DNA from: Cyanophyceae cyanobacterium
Lineage (GTDB): Bacteria; Cyanobacteriota; Cyanobacteriia; Cyanobacteriales; Laspinemataceae
Assembly: GCA_038321985.1 (NCBI GenBank)
Contig: JBBQFN010000036.1
Coordinates: 1-54,560 of the forward strand
Reading direction: 5' to 3'
Length of the DNA: 54,560 bases
The position numbers and the translations under genes are program-made. The stretch's first letter is position 1, and each line of letters opens with the position of its first letter. Below are positions 9,976-20,943 of the stretch, one piece after another. The notes under the pieces were generated by a model. The model was not told the DNA's origin. It did no database searches and saw only the letters and a list, made by a program, of their open reading frames with translations.

Positions 9976-10083
9976 GGGGTTTTGAATAGTGGTTTTGACC
10001 GTGCCTGTTCCGAAGTGGGGTCTTGAATAGTGGTTTTGACCGTGCCTGTTCCGAAGTAGGGTCTTGAATAGTGGTTTTGACCG
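9976..10083. repeat. 41-bp tandem repeat, ~2.6 copies
   Basis: Unit GGGGTCTTGAATAGTGGTTTTGACCGTGCCTGTTCCGAAGT. TTGAATAGT recurs at 9982, 10023 and 10064. Confidence 0.9.
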
Positions 10084-10391
10084 GGTAGGTAATTTTGCAA
10101 TCAGCCCCTTTCATCCGATGATGCGGCTTGACTTGCAGACCCGGTTTTCATTCAGGGAAGGGAGTTATAAAGTGGGTAACGAGGCTAGGAGCCTCGATAC
10201 CCATTGCCCTCAACCGTTGCTTATCCTTAGTATTGTCTACCCATGTTTGCGATCGCGTTTGCAGACTGTTTGAGTTCTGTATAAGTTTGGGAAATTTTGT
10301 TTAACTTAGGGAAAATGTTCAAAATTCCCCCAAATCTTAGAGTTGACGCCATCAGTGGGGATTCATTTTAGGGGCATTGAGACAAGCGACA

Positions 10392-10419
10392 ACCGGCGGA
10401 GGTTGAAACCCCCGCCGGT
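10392..10419. repeat. REP-like hairpin / terminator after the response regulator
   Basis: ACCGGCGGAGGTT-GA-AACCCCCGCCGGT. Confidence 0.5.
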
Positions 10420-10444
10420 ATGCGGCTGACTGCGAAGGGGAAAC

Positions 10445-11341
10445 TTACCCTGGAGTTTCTATAGAAATCACGTGGTTTAAGAGGGTGCAGAATTGGCCTA
10501 GGAATTGGACTTCGGCGGGATCCCACGACTGCTGCTGGGAATGATAGACCGTTAGGACTCCCTGCCATTGTGCGCCGGGGGGAAAGGGGACCAGTAGTGC
10601 CGCTTTGATATTCAGGGAACCAAAATACTGAATCGCCTCTTCGTTGAGTGTGGTGTGAAAATCTGTAAAGGCGATTGCCTCTCCGGATTGTAAAGGCTGG
10701 TAACATCCCGTCTGTTGTAAGGAAGATTGCGCTACTGAAATTCCTGCACTCGCCTGAGAGGTTCCCTGGCGATCATAGAGTGCGACCCCATCGACGCCTA
10801 AAAAAGTCTGCAACTGCACCAGGGAACCTGCGAGAATTTGCTCCGGGGGTAAACACTGGCTCAAACTTTGGGCCAGATAGCGGAAAAGCTGTTCCCGGAG
10901 GCCCACCTGATCCAAAATCCGAGAAACTGCGGTGATTTGTTGCAAAGACTCAGAGGCTTGCAGCAGACGGCTGACGCGCTGACGCAATACAGCCCAATGT
11001 AGAGGTTTGGTCACATAATCGGTGGCCCCTGCTTCAAAGGCGCGATCGACAGAATCCGCATCATCTAGAACTGTAATCATCAGTACGGGGGTATGTTCCC
11101 CTCCCGGGAGACTGCGTAACTGACTGCAACAGGTGAACCCATCCATGACGGGCATCACGGCATCTAGCAGCACCATATCCGGTTGCAGTCGTTTAAATTC
11201 AGCTAAACATTGCTCGCCATTTTTGGCTTCAGCGACGGTATATCCTTCTTCTTCCATTGCTAGACGCAGAAGCGATCGCATGGATCGATCATCATCGGCT
11301 AGCAAAATTAACGGGGAATTATCTTCACCAGCAAGAGTCAT
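10445..11341 (-). CDS. Response regulator (REC + GAF)
   Basis: [25 protein letters not shown], then a C-terminal GAF-like region. Overlaps the kinase stop by 4 bp (ATGA). Confidence 0.88.
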   Translation of the reverse strand: MTLAGEDNSPLILLADDDRSMRSLLRLAMEEEGYTVAEAKNGEQCLAEFKRLQPDMVLLDAVMPVMDGFTCCSQLRSLPGGEHTPVLMITVLDDADSVDRAFEAGATDYVTKPLHWAVLRQRVSRLLQASESLQQITAVSRILDQVGLREQLFRYLAQSLSQCLPPEQILAGSLVQLQTFLGVDGVALYDRQGTSQASAGISVAQSSLQQTGCYQPLQSGEAIAFTDFHTTLNEEAIQYFGSLNIKAALLVPFPPGAQWQGVLTVYHSQQQSWDPAEVQFLGQFCTLLNHVISIETPG

Positions 11342-14300
11342 GAATTATTCTGTTTCCGTTCAAGTTCCAAGGCTGTTATCACTTTCTCATACTCCCTTTC
11401 CACCGCGTTGAGGAACGTCTCGGCAGTGTCCGTGGTCCCGGCGCGACCTAAATTTTCCAACTCTTTCAATAGATTAGAAAAGGTCACAGCACCGAGATTA
11501 GCACTACTCGATCGCAGGGAATGTGCGGCTTGACGCAACCCGTCCGGATTACCCTCAACCACGGCATCCCGAAGCTCTTGCAGTCGTTCTGGCGCATCTT
11601 CAAGATAGTTGCCGATAATTAGAGACAACATTGCCGCCGCTTTTGAACCCGCCATATCCCGTAAAGAGTCCAGAATCTGGCGATCGAGGATGGTTTTAGT
11701 TGCCTCCGAACGCGGGGGTAGAGCATTAGAACCAAATAAAGTATCACTAACAAAGGTAGACTGCTCCCAATCGCGAGAGTCGTTTTGAAGTTTTCCGGAT
11801 TGACACTGCTCTAAAGCCTGAGCCAAAGCCTTGATACGAAAGGGTTTAGTAATATAACCATCCATTCCCGCATCAAAGCACTTTTTGCGATCGCCCTCCA
11901 TGGCATAAGCGGTAATAGCAATAATTTTTGGGGCAGTTTCGGGGCGGTTTTGCCATTCCTCCCGAATCCGGCGAGTTGCGGTCAATCCGTCCATCTGGGG
12001 CATTTCCACATCCATTAACACCACATCATAAGGTTGACGCCGCAAGGCTTCGACGGCTTCTATCCCATTTTTCACCAAATCTGCTCGATACCCAATTTTT
12101 TCTAAGGTTCGCAAAGCGACTTCCTGGTTCACGGGATTGTCTTCTGCTAACAGAATTCGCAAGGGTAGCCTGGGGGAGGACGATTGGGGGACAACGGGTT
12201 GACAGTGCAGGGGATTCGATGCTTCTACCCCTTCCAAGGGGGGACTGTTTTCAATCTGCGCCAGAGGACAGGCGAGGGTAACAATTGTGAAGTAAAAGGT
12301 AGAACCGGGACCCTGAGATTCCGCAGAAACAGGCTGCACCTGCCAATTTTCTGGGGGATTTCCGGCACAAGTTCCCATACTTTCCACCCACATTTGACCC
12401 CCCATTGATTCACACAAGCGTTTGCTGATGGCTAACCCTAATCCGGTGCCGCCATAGCGCCGAGAGGTAGACAAATCGACTTGAGAAAAGGATTCAAAGA
12501 GACGGTGCATTCCCTCCGATGGAATGCCGATGCCTGTATCTTGAACCTTAAATTGAATCCGATAACGGCAGGATTGTAGATTGTCCGTAGCAATTAAGTC
12601 CTCGGGGATGGGGAAGGCACTCACGGAGACGATCGCCTCGCCGACTTCGGTAAATTTGACAGCATTGGCTAGGAGATTGACTAAAATTTGCTGCAGTCGG
12701 GTGCGATCGCCCATAATCTGAGGGGGAGTCTCAGGATTGATTTGGCTAACGAGACGGATCCCTCGGGCGGTGGCTTGTTGGGCGAGTACGTTAACCGCTC
12801 TGGCGATACAATCGGGCAAGGAAAAGGGCCGTTCGTCGAATTCTAATTTACCCGACTCAATTTTGGACAGGTCCAGGATATCGTTAATTATCCGTAATAA
12901 ACTTTCGCTGCTATGGCGAATTGTTTCACTCCACTGCCTTTGTTGTTTGCTCAGAATGGTATCGAGGAGTAAATCCGTCATGCCAATCACCCCATTAATG
13001 GGGGTGCGGATTTCATGACTCATCATTGCCAAAAACTCACTTTTGGCTTGATTCGCCACCTCTGCTAACTGTTTGGCGCGATCTAGGGCAATATTTTGGG
13101 CGGCGAGTTGCTGGCGCTGTTGGGTTTCCCGTTCCAGTAACTCGGCTTGCGCTAAGGCAATGCCAACTTGATCGGCAACGGCTTCGAGTAACTCGATTTC
13201 GTCCTCGCGCCACTGTCGGACTGATTGGCATTGTTGCAGGGCGATCGCCCCATTGGGTTCTCCTTGATAGGAGGTACGAATTGCCATCAGAGATTGGATG
13301 CCGATTTGCTCAAACCCGGGGCAAACCAGGATCACCTCTGAGGTATCCTGCATATCATTAATGGCGATCGCCCGGTCCTGGGATATTAAGTCTTCAGCGA
13401 AGGGATTGCCGCTAATCGGAATCTGTAAATTGAGTAGGGAACTTGCCCCGGGTGCTAAATACTCGGCTACGCAGTACAATTGCGCCTCGGGTAAGGCGTG
13501 ATAGCGATGCAACAAACAGCGATCGGCCTGTAATGCTCGCCCCAGTTGGCTGGCAGTGGTTTGTAAAATTTGCTCCGTGTTTAAACTTTGGCGGACTTCC
13601 TGGGTGATTTGTCTCAAAAGTAGACTGCGATGAAAAGCCTGTGCTAGGGCTGTCGCCGCCTGTTGCCGTTCCAGTTCTCCCCCAATCCATTGCGCCATTA
13701 ACTTCAGCAATTCTCGTTCTACCGCACTAAAGGGACGGCGACGGGGATGGGGACTAGAAAAGCTCAGGGGACCGTAAATTTGACTGGCAACAGTGACAGG
13801 GGTGGTGAAATAAGCCGAGGTGGGGTCGGTTGTAGAGGGGGAGTCGGATTGCCACCCCGTGCTTACCCCCCCCTGGATGGTACGGAGGAGGGGGGTTAGA
13901 TCTAACTCCCCGTCTGCGCTGCGATCGCCCGTGAAAATCGTGTCGGAAACCAAGGCATAATCGGCTGGGTGGGCGGCAATGACTTCTAGGCGATCGTCCA
14001 CCTGACGCCCTAACAGTCCAATCTCTAGCTCAAACCACTCACACCCTAGCTCCAATAATCGCTTCAGGCGTTGGTCAAAACTCAGGGTAGGGTCGGCGCT
14101 GACTTCATATAAAGCCCGAATACTCGCTTCACTAAAGCGCAATTCTCGTTCCGCCTGCTTGCGCCATGTCAGGTCAAATCCAGCAAAAACCGCAGCTTTA
14201 CCCTGGAGATATTTCTGCGCTACGACTAAATAATGCCAGGGAAGTCCGTCCACTTCCCACTCGATTTCTACGGAAGTTTCCGATTCCCTACCGTTAAAAA

Positions 14301-14982
14301 ATTCCTGGACAAAATCTCGAATTGGGGTTCCGGGTTCCAGAAAGCCCATCGACTGTCCGATAAAGGTTTCGGGTTGAATATTGAAGGCACGCGCTAAATA
14401 GCGGTTAATTCCCAGATAGCTCAAATTAGAATCAATCCAGGCGATGCTACCGGGGACTGCATCTAAGACGGCACGCAGTTGATCCCGTGCTTGTCGCAGT
14501 TCTTCCTCTACCTGTTTGCGTTCAGTGATATCTCGAACTGCAACGACTCGAACGAGGCGGTTTTGATAGGGAATCATCTTCGGCTGCAATTCTGCGGGAA
14601 ATGTTGAACCCTCTTTACGCAGTGCGAGGACTTGATAGGGGCGATCGCTCTGATTTTGAATATTTTGGGAGACGAGTTCGCGATCTTCTAGGGTCACTAG
14701 CGCTACAGCCGCTTTGCCGATTAGTTCTTCTATTTCATATCCCAGCATCTGGGCTAGAACCGGGTTTACATCCAAAATAATGCCCTGATCATGCAACAGA
14801 ATCCCTTCACAACTGGCGGCAGCCAAGCAGCGATATCGTTCTTCCCTCGGGATGGCTGCTTCCGTTTGTTGCCCTGGGGTGATGACTGCCAGTTGGTCCA
14901 TTTGTCCGAGGGAATTAGTCCGTTTTGCCCACAGATAGCCTGCGATCGCACCGATAATCAAAGCCCAGAAAATCCCTATCAA
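11338..14982 (-). CDS. Hybrid histidine kinase (PAS-PAS-GAF-GAF-HisKA-HATPase-REC-Hpt)
   Basis: [56 protein letters not shown], Hpt [16 protein letters not shown] start is uncertain. Confidence 0.93.
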   Translation of the reverse strand: MIGIFWALIIGAIAGYLWAKRTNSLGQMDQLAVITPGQQTEAAIPREERYRCLAAASCEGILLHDQGIILDVNPVLAQMLGYEIEELIGKAAVALVTLEDRELVSQNIQNQSDRPYQVLALRKEGSTFPAELQPKMIPYQNRLVRVVAVRDITERKQVEEELRQARDQLRAVLDAVPGSIAWIDSNLSYLGINRYLARAFNIQPETFIGQSMGFLEPGTPIRDFVQEFFNGRESETSVEIEWEVDGLPWHYLVVAQKYLQGKAAVFAGFDLTWRKQAERELRFSEASIRALYEVSADPTLSFDQRLKRLLELGCEWFELEIGLLGRQVDDRLEVIAAHPADYALVSDTIFTGDRSADGELDLTPLLRTIQGGVSTGWQSDSPSTTDPTSAYFTTPVTVASQIYGPLSFSSPHPRRRPFSAVERELLKLMAQWIGGELERQQAATALAQAFHRSLLLRQITQEVRQSLNTEQILQTTASQLGRALQADRCLLHRYHALPEAQLYCVAEYLAPGASSLLNLQIPISGNPFAEDLISQDRAIAINDMQDTSEVILVCPGFEQIGIQSLMAIRTSYQGEPNGAIALQQCQSVRQWREDEIELLEAVADQVGIALAQAELLERETQQRQQLAAQNIALDRAKQLAEVANQAKSEFLAMMSHEIRTPINGVIGMTDLLLDTILSKQQRQWSETIRHSSESLLRIINDILDLSKIESGKLEFDERPFSLPDCIARAVNVLAQQATARGIRLVSQINPETPPQIMGDRTRLQQILVNLLANAVKFTEVGEAIVSVSAFPIPEDLIATDNLQSCRYRIQFKVQDTGIGIPSEGMHRLFESFSQVDLSTSRRYGGTGLGLAISKRLCESMGGQMWVESMGTCAGNPPENWQVQPVSAESQGPGSTFYFTIVTLACPLAQIENSPPLEGVEASNPLHCQPVVPQSSSPRLPLRILLAEDNPVNQEVALRTLEKIGYRADLVKNGIEAVEALRRQPYDVVLMDVEMPQMDGLTATRRIREEWQNRPETAPKIIAITAYAMEGDRKKCFDAGMDGYITKPFRIKALAQALEQCQSGKLQNDSRDWEQSTFVSDTLFGSNALPPRSEATKTILDRQILDSLRDMAGSKAAAMLSLIIGNYLEDAPERLQELRDAVVEGNPDGLRQAAHSLRSSSANLGAVTFSNLLKELENLGRAGTTDTAETFLNAVEREYEKVITALELERKQNNS

Positions 14983-15624
14983 CTGAGTATCCTGTAGTTA
15001 TGGTTTCTTTTCTCATGATAAGAGTGAATGGGGATGCAACCGAGGCGGGGAAACGACTCAAGTCGCGACACCGAACTTAAAAGACAACTAAAGTCAGGAT
15101 GTGGAATCTGCCCAATCTCCCTAATTTTGGGGGCAGTCTGAAAGTTGCCTCCGGGGCACCCACTCTTGTATAATAGGGGTTTAACCCCCTTTAGATTGGT
15201 TATCTTTTTCAAAACTGAAGGTACGCTCGGGTTTCCCAGAGTGAATGAGTTCCCTCATCCGGAGTTTGAAGTCGGAAGTGATTTACGTCACTCCACAGTG
15301 AGGCAGCGATCGCCGGGGGATCAAGAAGTCATCACTACTGATTGGTGTTGGAGATCCTCAGGGTGCTACGAGTCAGATCCCCATACACTGGCAACCGCGA
15401 TCGCTGCACAGAAACCATTATGCCCCCCATATTATAAATAGCTGACGTTGCCTCTGCTTGCTCAAGCAGATTGCAGTTAGATTCACTAATCGGAAAAGAG
15501 ATTCATCTCCTGATAGAAAAATTGATGGGCTTTGGCACAGTTAAACCCAACTAACCCATCTTGAGTGGCACAATCTCTATTCTCTGACTAACAGATAACT
15601 TGTTAACAAAACTGGATTATACCC

Positions 15625-18072
15625 ATGGGAAAGCGATCGCTAAATACTTCAAAAAACGGACAAATCAAGGCCAAAATTGCCTTTGAAAGAAGTGGTTGGA
15701 CGCAACAGGATTTAGCTTCTGAGGTGGGCTTAGAAACGCGCCAGTCCATTTGGAAGTTTTTAACGGGACGGCCTATCGAACGGCTAACTTTTATCGAAAT
15801 TTGTTACAAATTAGATTTAGAATGGCAGGATATTGCTGACTTACCCGATGAGCTAACTGATAAAGTCACGGTGTCCGTGCCAAAACCCCATGAGGATTCT
15901 GGGTCAGATCCAGAAATTGAAGATATTACTCTGCTAGTGGCGCAGGTGCGATCGCGGATGACTGAACCCATTCGCGCTCAATGTGGAACCCTGCGCCTGT
16001 TAGATAATTCCCAACCTGTTGCCCTGGATGATATCTATATTCAGGTTAATATTCTCGAACAACTGAGTCGGCAACGATGGCTGGAAGTCTCCGATCTTCA
16101 ATCGCCACCTAGCCTTTTTCATCCCGGAAAGGGTCGAGTCCAAGGGGGCATTTCTTCGGGCGGACAACAGTCCAAAATTCCGGCACTTCAAGCGGTTTCT
16201 ACCTATTCTAAATTGTTAATCTTGGGTAAACCCGGATCCGGTAAAACTACCTTTTTACAATCTCTCGCCCTGGGATGTATTCAAGAACCCACTCCAGAAA
16301 AAGTAGGCAGTCAAAGTCTCCCTATTTTTATTAGACTTAGGGATTGGGCAACGGAAACCAAAAATAGTAGCGATCGCAGCTTACGCCATTATATTACTAA
16401 ACTTTTTCATAATTTTTGTTTATCGGCGGCTACGGTTGAACGGTTACTACAAGGGGGTCATGCCCTCGTTTTATTAGATGGATTAGATGAAGTTCCCGAA
16501 AGTGAGAGCCGAGATATCGCCTATGAAATCAACCAATTTTGTGAAACTTACTATCAAAATAAGGTAGCAATCACCTGTCGATTTGGGGGCGGACAGTACC
16601 AATTTACCGGCTTTACAGAAGTAGAACTGGCTGATTTTGATGCAACGCAAATAGAAGCCTTTGCAGAAAAATGGTTTGTGGCCGCCCGAGGCGATCGCGA
16701 AGCCGGTTTAATTCTCTCCCAATGCTTTTTAGAAAAACTCAATCTTCCGGAAAACCAACCGATTCAAGAACTGGTGGTTACCCCGATTTTATTAACCTTA
16801 ACCGCCAGCATTTTTCAGACTAAAGAAGATTTTCCTAAAAAACGCTCTAAACTCTATGAAGCTGGGTTAGATATTCTCCTCGTGCGCTGGGATGAAGCCC
16901 GGGGTATTCAACGGGATGAAGTGTATCGAAATTTATCCCTACCTCGAAAAATTGAACTCCTAAGTCAGATTGCCGGAACAACATTTGCTCAAAGTAATTA
17001 CTTTTTTGAAAAGCGGGAAATTGAGCACTATATTGAAGACTATTTAGCAACCTTAGCGGAAACCAATACAGAACCGGAAACGTTGCGATCGCACAGTGGG
17101 GCGATTCTAGATGCGATCGAAGCCCAACATGGCTTATTAGTCGAACGAGCTCGGGGGATTTATTCGTTTTCCCATTTAACATTTCAAGAATATTTTACCG
17201 CTCGTCAGATTGCAGCCACCCCCGACCCCGTTGCTTTGGAGGAAGGGTTACAAGGGTTAGCCAGTCATGTCTGCGAACCGCGATGGCGAGAAGTGGTATT
17301 ACTCACCTCCGAATTGTTGCGAAATGCAGACCCTCTCCTGCAAGCAATGAAGCAACAAATTGATGTAATGTTGGTTGCCGATCGCAAGTTACAGCAGTTT
17401 TTAACTTGTACCAGTGCCAAATGTCGATCGTGGGCAGGATTGTACAAACCAGCGGCAGTTCGGGCATTTTACTTTACCCTATTTCTCGATCGCAGCTTGG
17501 GTTTAGCCCTAGCTCTAGACCCCAAGTTGGCGAGGGATTTGGCCCCGGAGTTAGGATTAGATTTGGAGTTAACACGGGCGTTAGAGTTGGTTCAAAGTCT
17601 AACCCGCAATCCCAATGTCAAACAAATTCTTTCCCTCGGGTTTGCCTTGGACCTAGATCGTAGTTTAACCCACGAGCCAGAATTGCGCCAAGGATTGCAA
17701 AGCCTCAAAAACCAACTGCCGGATCCTGGGGAGGGTCGCGATCGGTTAATTTCCTGGTGGGGCGATCGCGCCCATGGCTGGGCTGAACAATTTCGCGCCT
17801 TATTAATCGAGCATCGTCAAATCGGCCATAATTGGCAGTTTACCCCCAGACAACTCGCTCTACTTGACCAGTATTATCAAGCTAATCAACTGCTAGTAGA
17901 TTGTCTCCATGGCGAGTCCCATTGCTCCTCCGTTGTGCGATCGCACCTGGAGGCGACCCTAATCCTGCCCGTCCCTGAAATCGAAGCCTACGAAGTCGCC
18001 TCCAACTCATCCTCAGACTACTTTAATCTAATTACTGACCCTTCTATTCCTTTAGTAGAACTGATGCCTTAA
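15625..18072 (+). CDS. HTH + NACHT-domain NTPase (STAND) with C-terminal helical domain
   Basis: N-terminal HTH (TQQDLASEVG...IWKF), Walker A GKPGSGKTT, Walker B LLDGLDE, ITCR, TPILL, FSHLTFQEYF. Confidence 0.9.
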   Translation: MGKRSLNTSKNGQIKAKIAFERSGWTQQDLASEVGLETRQSIWKFLTGRPIERLTFIEICYKLDLEWQDIADLPDELTDKVTVSVPKPHEDSGSDPEIEDITLLVAQVRSRMTEPIRAQCGTLRLLDNSQPVALDDIYIQVNILEQLSRQRWLEVSDLQSPPSLFHPGKGRVQGGISSGGQQSKIPALQAVSTYSKLLILGKPGSGKTTFLQSLALGCIQEPTPEKVGSQSLPIFIRLRDWATETKNSSDRSLRHYITKLFHNFCLSAATVERLLQGGHALVLLDGLDEVPESESRDIAYEINQFCETYYQNKVAITCRFGGGQYQFTGFTEVELADFDATQIEAFAEKWFVAARGDREAGLILSQCFLEKLNLPENQPIQELVVTPILLTLTASIFQTKEDFPKKRSKLYEAGLDILLVRWDEARGIQRDEVYRNLSLPRKIELLSQIAGTTFAQSNYFFEKREIEHYIEDYLATLAETNTEPETLRSHSGAILDAIEAQHGLLVERARGIYSFSHLTFQEYFTARQIAATPDPVALEEGLQGLASHVCEPRWREVVLLTSELLRNADPLLQAMKQQIDVMLVADRKLQQFLTCTSAKCRSWAGLYKPAAVRAFYFTLFLDRSLGLALALDPKLARDLAPELGLDLELTRALELVQSLTRNPNVKQILSLGFALDLDRSLTHEPELRQGLQSLKNQLPDPGEGRDRLISWWGDRAHGWAEQFRALLIEHRQIGHNWQFTPRQLALLDQYYQANQLLVDCLHGESHCSSVVRSHLEATLILPVPEIEAYEVASNSSSDYFNLITDPSIPLVELMP

Positions 18073-18173
18073 ATCCATTGTTCCCAGAGCAATGCGCGAT
18101 CGTTAATGCGCCGAAAGTTGATTCATCGGCTAGAATGAAAGATACTGTCTTTTTTAAGGGATGAGAATCATTA

Positions 18174-18476
18174 ATGGCTAAGAAATCCATGATCGAGCGG
18201 GAAAAGAAACGCAAAGCGCTTGTCGCCAAGTACATCGATAAGCGATTCGAGTTAAAAGCGCAATTTGCCGCAGCGACGGATCCAGAAGAAAAATTGCAAA
18301 TTCACCGCCAAATTCAACAACTGCCCCGCAATAGCGCCCCTAACCGCGTCCGCAACCGTTGCTGGTTGACGGGGCGTCCCAGAGGGTACTATAGCGATTT
18401 CGGACTCTCTCGGAACGTAATTCGGGAAATGGCCCATGAGGGACTCCTGCCTGGGGTAGTCAAGTCAAGCTGGTAA
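18174..18476 (+). CDS. rpsN: 30S ribosomal protein S14
   Basis: [10 protein letters not shown]...[14 protein letters not shown]...LPGVVKSSW. Confidence 0.99.
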   Translation: MAKKSMIEREKKRKALVAKYIDKRFELKAQFAAATDPEEKLQIHRQIQQLPRNSAPNRVRNRCWLTGRPRGYYSDFGLSRNVIREMAHEGLLPGVVKSSW

Positions 18477-18496
18477 CCCACAGCTAGATAGCGCGT

Positions 18497-18544
18497 GGAT
18501 TTTGGATTTTAGATGAAAACTCTAAATTCTAAAATCTAAAATCC
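18497..18544. repeat. Heptamer short tandem repeats forming an inverted repeat between convergent genes
   Basis: GGATTTTGGATTTTAGA ... TCTAAATTCTAAAATCTAAAATCC. Confidence 0.6.
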
Positions 18545-18558
18545 CGACGCCCCTAAAG

Positions 18559-18888
18559 TTATTCTCCACAACAGCGATCAATCCCTAAACTATCCAAAAG
18601 CAAGTCACTCACGGCATTGGCGATCGCAAATTCCCCATAAAAACTTTTAGAAAAATCAAACGCCTGCATTTCCGTGATAATGGCAATCACCAGAGATCCC
18701 AAGTCATTCTCCCCTTCGAGTCGCTGTCGCACAAAAATTTGACTTGCTCGTTCAGCAATTTGGCGGTTGACGGCTTCAGGAATAAACTCGCGATCGAGCC
18801 ATTGATGTAAAGCCGCCTGCAACCATTTCCCTTCCTGTTGGGGATTATTCACCGGGGGCAAGGTGATCGGTTTAATCGGTTCACTCAT
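18559..18888 (-). CDS. Conserved cyanobacterial hypothetical protein
   Basis: WLDREFIPE...FYGEFAIANAVSDLL...CCG. Start placed at MSEPIK. Confidence 0.75.
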   Translation of the reverse strand: MSEPIKPITLPPVNNPQQEGKWLQAALHQWLDREFIPEAVNRQIAERASQIFVRQRLEGENDLGSLVIAIITEMQAFDFSKSFYGEFAIANAVSDLLLDSLGIDRCCGE

Positions 18889-19110
18889 GAGCGTTAAAAA
18901 TTTCATTAGTATAATCCCGATCTTATAGTAAATTCGCCCTCCTCCCCACCTGCATACAGGAGTTTATAAGACAAGCAAGGGTGTTCTACAACTTTCATGA
19001 TATTTTTAGTTCGGGCTCCAGTTTACGGGCAATACTTTCCGTTTTCCCTTTTCAAGGGGTTCATCGGTTGTATCTTTGTGCAATTTCTCAATTTTTAACC
19101 CGACAAGTTC

Positions 19111-19689
19111 ATGGAATTTGATATTCCGGCAATCATCCAAGGTTACGCCCAAGGCTATTTTTTGATGGCAAATATGGGCGACGAGAGCTTAGGATGGTAC
19201 TCCAGTCGCCAGCGCGCGCTGGTTCCCTTAGACGATCGCTTCCGCTATCCTTCATCCCTTAATCGTGCCCTCAATCAAAAACGGTTCACGGTTGCCATCA
19301 ACCGGGATTTTAATGCCGTGGTAGAAGGCTGTTGCGATCGCGATACAACTTGGATTTCTGCGGAATTAAAAGAAATTTATCGAGCGCTTCACGGCGACGG
19401 TTGGGCGCATAGTTTTGAAACCTGGCAAGGGGATACCCTCGCCGGGGGTATTCTGGGCATTGCGATCGGGGGAGCTTTTATTGGCGAATCGATGTTTTAT
19501 CGAATTCCTGAAGGGTCCAAGGTAGCGATGGTGAAGCTAGTGGAACGCTTGCGCGATCGCCAGTTTCTGTTATTTGATGCCCAAATGAATAACCCCCATC
19601 TAACCCGATTTGGAGCTTACACCGTTGGCGAACGGGAGTATCAGACGTTACTCCAAAAAGCCTTACAACTTCGCTGTTCTTTTCTCTAA
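19111..19689 (+). CDS. aat: Leucyl/phenylalanyl-tRNA--protein transferase
   Basis: [46 protein letters not shown]. Confidence 0.95.
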   Translation: MEFDIPAIIQGYAQGYFLMANMGDESLGWYSSRQRALVPLDDRFRYPSSLNRALNQKRFTVAINRDFNAVVEGCCDRDTTWISAELKEIYRALHGDGWAHSFETWQGDTLAGGILGIAIGGAFIGESMFYRIPEGSKVAMVKLVERLRDRQFLLFDAQMNNPHLTRFGAYTVGEREYQTLLQKALQLRCSFL

Positions 19690-19708
19690 TCCGCACAGGT
19701 CCCCGACT

Positions 19709-20560
19709 TTATCTAACCTTGCGCTCAGTCACTAAAGTGATACTGATCCATTCCCCCGTCTCACTGTAATTCCCAATTAAGCGCTGACGCAGAGTGGGTT
19801 CAATCAACCAGCCGGCCTCTAAAAAGAAGGATTGCCCCACTTGCACCCGGTGAGGAAAAGTGAGAGAAGCCCCATCAGGCAGCATCAACAGCCGCACGGG
19901 ATGGGAACCCTCCTCAAACTCCAAAATTGACCCTTCAACCCGCCCCTTAGACTGGACTTCATGAAGGCGACTGCCCAAAGTAAAGGTAATCTGTTGCGCC
20001 ACAGCCTCCGTTCCCGTTCGTTGCAATTCCAGACTCGTTGTAAAAGTATCAGGATTTCGCAAGTCCGGATAAAGCGTCTGCGCTTCCCCCTCCCACCGCC
20101 CCAATAATTGCTCTAGGATTAGGGGTGGATTTTCTGTAGCATTAGCATCCACCCGCTTTTCCCGAACCAGGGTGAACCGTTCCGCCTCACCCCCTACCGC
20201 AAATTGGTGAACAGCCCGCAGGCGACGGTTACCCCAAATGAACCCGAACTCGATGAGCAAAGTAGAGACGGGGGACAGTTGCATCGACGCCTGAGAAAAC
20301 GCTCCCTGAGCAAAAAATAAAATATGCCGCCCTAGAGATTGGTACTCCTGGACCACTTCCTTAACGGGGGAATCACTCTTCCAGGAAGCACCCGGGGCAA
20401 AAAACCGCAGAGTCAGGCGCGCCTGTCGATTCTCGTCTAATCCCTCCAAGGAAAGCCGCGTGGGGGTGTCTTCGAGGAGAGTACCCGTGGGTGAAAGTCG
20501 CGTGAATGAACCCTCCCACTCTCCGAGATTTTGCAGAAAATTTTCCCATTGCGTCCCCAT
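19709..20560 (-). CDS. DUF3598 family protein
   Basis: QWENFLQNLGEWEGSFT start, LLGRWEGEA, LPDGAS, FFLEAGWL...RQRLI. Confidence 0.8.
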   Translation of the reverse strand: MGTQWENFLQNLGEWEGSFTRLSPTGTLLEDTPTRLSLEGLDENRQARLTLRFFAPGASWKSDSPVKEVVQEYQSLGRHILFFAQGAFSQASMQLSPVSTLLIEFGFIWGNRRLRAVHQFAVGGEAERFTLVREKRVDANATENPPLILEQLLGRWEGEAQTLYPDLRNPDTFTTSLELQRTGTEAVAQQITFTLGSRLHEVQSKGRVEGSILEFEEGSHPVRLLMLPDGASLTFPHRVQVGQSFFLEAGWLIEPTLRQRLIGNYSETGEWISITLVTERKVR

Positions 20561-20943
20561 ATTTTGCCCGGGCCTCCATCCCTGAAATTTACATAGAATA
20601 TTAGACCTGTTGCAAAATTCCGGAATCGATCCCCCCAACCCGCCTTATTAACGCCCATCGGCTTGAGAAAATTCTGCAAAAAGTCTATTGAGTTTCCATC
20701 CCCTTTATATCAGACTAGGAGATGAATTTTCACCGCCTTGATAGCCGGTGAAGGCAATGATATGATAAAAAACTTGACCCATAAAAAAGATAGTCCACTG
20801 AGCATTGCTGCGGTCCTGTATTGTCTTTATTGATAAACTTGTGGCCTCAAAAATAGCGAAATTGAGACCGGAGAAATCGGTATAATCGTCTACAGTAATG
20901 TCACAGTGGTGAAGTTGTCGAGCGATTAATAGGTGAGATTTCC

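Noticed and set aside
9976..10083. Possible mini-CRISPR array
   Set aside because: The would-be spacers are essentially identical and too short, and there are no cas genes in the window.
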